Shown here piece by piece: positions 30,429 through 32,000 of a DNA stretch of 32,000 nt. This DNA is from Escherichia coli O78:H51 (GTDB lineage: Bacteria; Pseudomonadota; Gammaproteobacteria; Enterobacterales; Enterobacteriaceae): the NCBI RefSeq assembly GCF_030347055.1, contig NZ_CP126946.1. One strand, 5' to 3'. The first letter of the stretch is position 1; the number at the start of each line of letters is the position of its first letter. A model generated the notes under the pieces. The model was given only the letters and a program-made list of their open reading frames with translations, ran no database searches and was not told where the DNA came from. Position numbers and translations under genes: made by a program.

Positions 30429-30884
30429 ATGGCAGTTACAACCCTTAACAGCGTAGCGGATTACCTGCTTTGCTTTGCTCAAGAGCATGGGGATGTTATG
30501 ACGCCGCTGAAACTGCAAAAAATGGTGTTCTATGCTGATGCTTGGTTCATGGCGCTGAATGATGGCGAAGAACTGGTTGCTGACAAGTTTGAAGCATGGG
30601 TACATGGCCCTGTAGCCAGAGATTTGTATACCAGATTTGCAGATTACAAATGGCGCTCAATAGACGAAGAGATTGCCTGCCCTGAGTTACCTGCGAATGT
30701 GTCAAAGCATCTAAAGGAAATCTATGAGGTATTTGGCGGTTATACAGCTTATGAGCTGGAGCAGATGACGCACCAAGAAAAGCCGTGGCTGGAGGCCCGT
30801 GAAGGGGTTCTATCAGATGCGCCGTGCAAGAATGTTATTGATAAAAGTGTAACGGCTGAGTTTTATCGTTCGATGGCTTCCTAA
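30429..30884 (+). CDS. DUF4065/Panacea-domain (SocA-like) protein, probable antitoxin
   Basis: 151 aa; LNSVADYLLCFAQEHGDVMTPLKLQKMVFYADAWFMALNDGEELVADKFEAWVHGPVARDLYTRF; start chosen inside ORF 30198..30884. Confidence 0.85.
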   Translation: MAVTTLNSVADYLLCFAQEHGDVMTPLKLQKMVFYADAWFMALNDGEELVADKFEAWVHGPVARDLYTRFADYKWRSIDEEIACPELPANVSKHLKEIYEVFGGYTAYELEQMTHQEKPWLEAREGVLSDAPCKNVIDKSVTAEFYRSMAS

Positions 30885-30886
30885 AT

Positions 30887-31321
30887 ATGGCGAAAAGAAT
30901 CAGGGCGTCGAAGATTGCACCCTCGCAAACAAAAATAGTGCCTGGGGGAACAGGTTCAGGCATAACGACCATCAACTTTTCTTTTCGGTATATCGATGCG
31001 GCGCATGAGAAATTTACTTTCAGCGCTCAGAATCCTGTTTATTTTTGCAAGGTGTTAGACCGCCTCAAAGACCTTTCCACTATGACTGAACGAGAGTTCA
31101 CCACCGATCGCGGTGGTTCGTTGAAGTCACATCCGATTGATTGGCAAACTACATCTGAACCTAAGGGATTTCAGCATTTGAATGAACAGTTTCAGAGTTA
31201 TACACCTTATCAATTTGCCATATCGCGCAATGAATATGGTCGCATACATGGATTTTTCATCGGTAATGTATTCCATATTGTCTGGCTTGACCCGGCACAT
31301 CAGCTCTATCCTGGTCAGTAG
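30887..31321 (+). CDS. Uncharacterised protein paired with the Panacea gene (candidate toxin)
   Basis: 144 aa starting 2 bp after the antitoxin stop; INFSFRYIDAAHEKFTF...YGRIHGFFIGNVFHIVWLDPAHQLYPGQ. Confidence 0.6.
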   Translation: MAKRIRASKIAPSQTKIVPGGTGSGITTINFSFRYIDAAHEKFTFSAQNPVYFCKVLDRLKDLSTMTEREFTTDRGGSLKSHPIDWQTTSEPKGFQHLNEQFQSYTPYQFAISRNEYGRIHGFFIGNVFHIVWLDPAHQLYPGQ

Positions 31322-31364
31322 CAGAAAAATACCCACCTAAACGTACACTATTGGTTCACGACGC

Positions 31365-31907
31365 ATGTACCAGATAAAGATAACCATCCGAGACAGCAAA
31401 CCACCAATATGGCGGCGTGTGCTGGTTCCAGAGCAAATCCCCTTTAGTAAACTTCATGCCGTGATCCAGTTAGCTTTTGGCTGGAATGACGAACACCTGT
31501 ATATGTTCGAGAAAGGGCGTAAAGGTGATCCAGGTAGCGAGTATCGCGTATGGGGTGAGGATGAAAGCATGGGTAACGCGGCAATCACGCCACTATGGGC
31601 GGCGCTCCAGAATGAGGGTGACAAGCTGGTTTACACGTATGACTTTGGCGACTGGTGGGATTGCCTTGTTGTGCTGGAGAAGCAAACACATGATACCAGT
31701 ATCCAGCCTGTTAGCTGTTTGCGCGGGAAGGGCACTACCCCGGCGGAAAATTCGGGTGGTTTGCATGGTTACAATGAATTGCTCTTACAGGCCAGAGAGT
31801 CTGATAATCCTGAACAGGCCGAGATCCACGATTTCCTGATGCTGGATATTGAACGCCGGGTTTACGACCTGAACAACATTAACGACAGATTGCAGGCTCT
31901 TAACTGA
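31365..31907 (+). CDS. Plasmid pRiA4b ORF-3 family protein
   Basis: 180 aa; MYQIKITIRDSKPPIWRRVLVPEQIPFSKLHAVIQLAFGWNDEHLYMFE...YDFGDWWDCLVVLE. Confidence 0.9.
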   Translation: MYQIKITIRDSKPPIWRRVLVPEQIPFSKLHAVIQLAFGWNDEHLYMFEKGRKGDPGSEYRVWGEDESMGNAAITPLWAALQNEGDKLVYTYDFGDWWDCLVVLEKQTHDTSIQPVSCLRGKGTTPAENSGGLHGYNELLLQARESDNPEQAEIHDFLMLDIERRVYDLNNINDRLQALN

Positions 31908-32000
31908 CCCGCATGTATTCGCCTGATATTGCGTTATCAGCGCCGCCAGTATCGCGCATAACAGCGCAGTGACCGGGTAAACCGTAGCGCACGACCGTTG

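Larger units (their letters stand above)
11760..32000. mobile_element. Integrative element in the thrW 3' end (P4-like integration and replication genes plus P22-like ejection genes); right end outside the window
   Basis: Integrase immediately downstream of tRNA thrW, AlpA, antirepressor, P4-alpha-like primase, gp14/gp7/gp20/gp16-like genes. No second copy of the tRNA 3' end was found. Confidence 0.85.

Noticed and set aside
11760-32000. A right attachment site (second copy of ggttcgactcctattatcggcacca)
   Set aside because: Not seen between the integrase and the window end, so the element is reported as open on the right.
11760-32000. CRISPR array, retron or reverse transcriptase
   Set aside because: No regularly spaced 28-37-bp repeats and no RT motif in any listed ORF. 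The short iterons do not form a CRISPR-like array.

Overview
The window has two parts. About 1-11.76 kb is conserved Escherichia coli-type chromosome: lafU 3' end, dinB, yafP, a split rtcB-like gene, prfH, pepD, gpt, frsA, crl, phoE, proB, proA and tRNA-Thr thrW. From about 11.76 kb to the right edge there is an integrative element in the thrW 3' end. It has a P4-type tyrosine integrase, an AlpA-like regulator, an AntA/B-type antirepressor, ash/Icd-like overlapping genes and a 919-aa P4-alpha-like primase/helicase. These are followed by a cassette of P22-like DNA-ejection genes (gp14-, gp7-, gp20- and gp16-like) with no portal, scaffold, coat or terminase gene visible. A putative lipoprotein, a PerC-like protein, a DUF4065/Panacea-type antitoxin with an uncharacterised partner, and a pRiA4b ORF-3-like protein lie further right. 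The strongest unannotated signal is a pair of iteron clusters at 21029-21137 and 29187-29305. Each has six TTGGTTCA octamers (three direct, a 43-bp AT-rich spacer, three inverted). The two clusters are in mutually inverted orientation and bracket the ejection cassette. The first lies just downstream of the primase gene. This resembles the bipartite ori/crr architecture of satellite P4 and suggests a P4-like replicon carrying a P22-like ejection module. No attR is visible, so the element probably extends past 32 kb and its full gene content cannot be judged. Other points: rtcB-like gene broken at a 10-G tract (possible phase variation), yafNO absent from the dinB operon, strong hairpins and boxA-like motifs between int and alpA, and three copies of GACAAGTACGCGCGCG in poorly coding DNA at the right.
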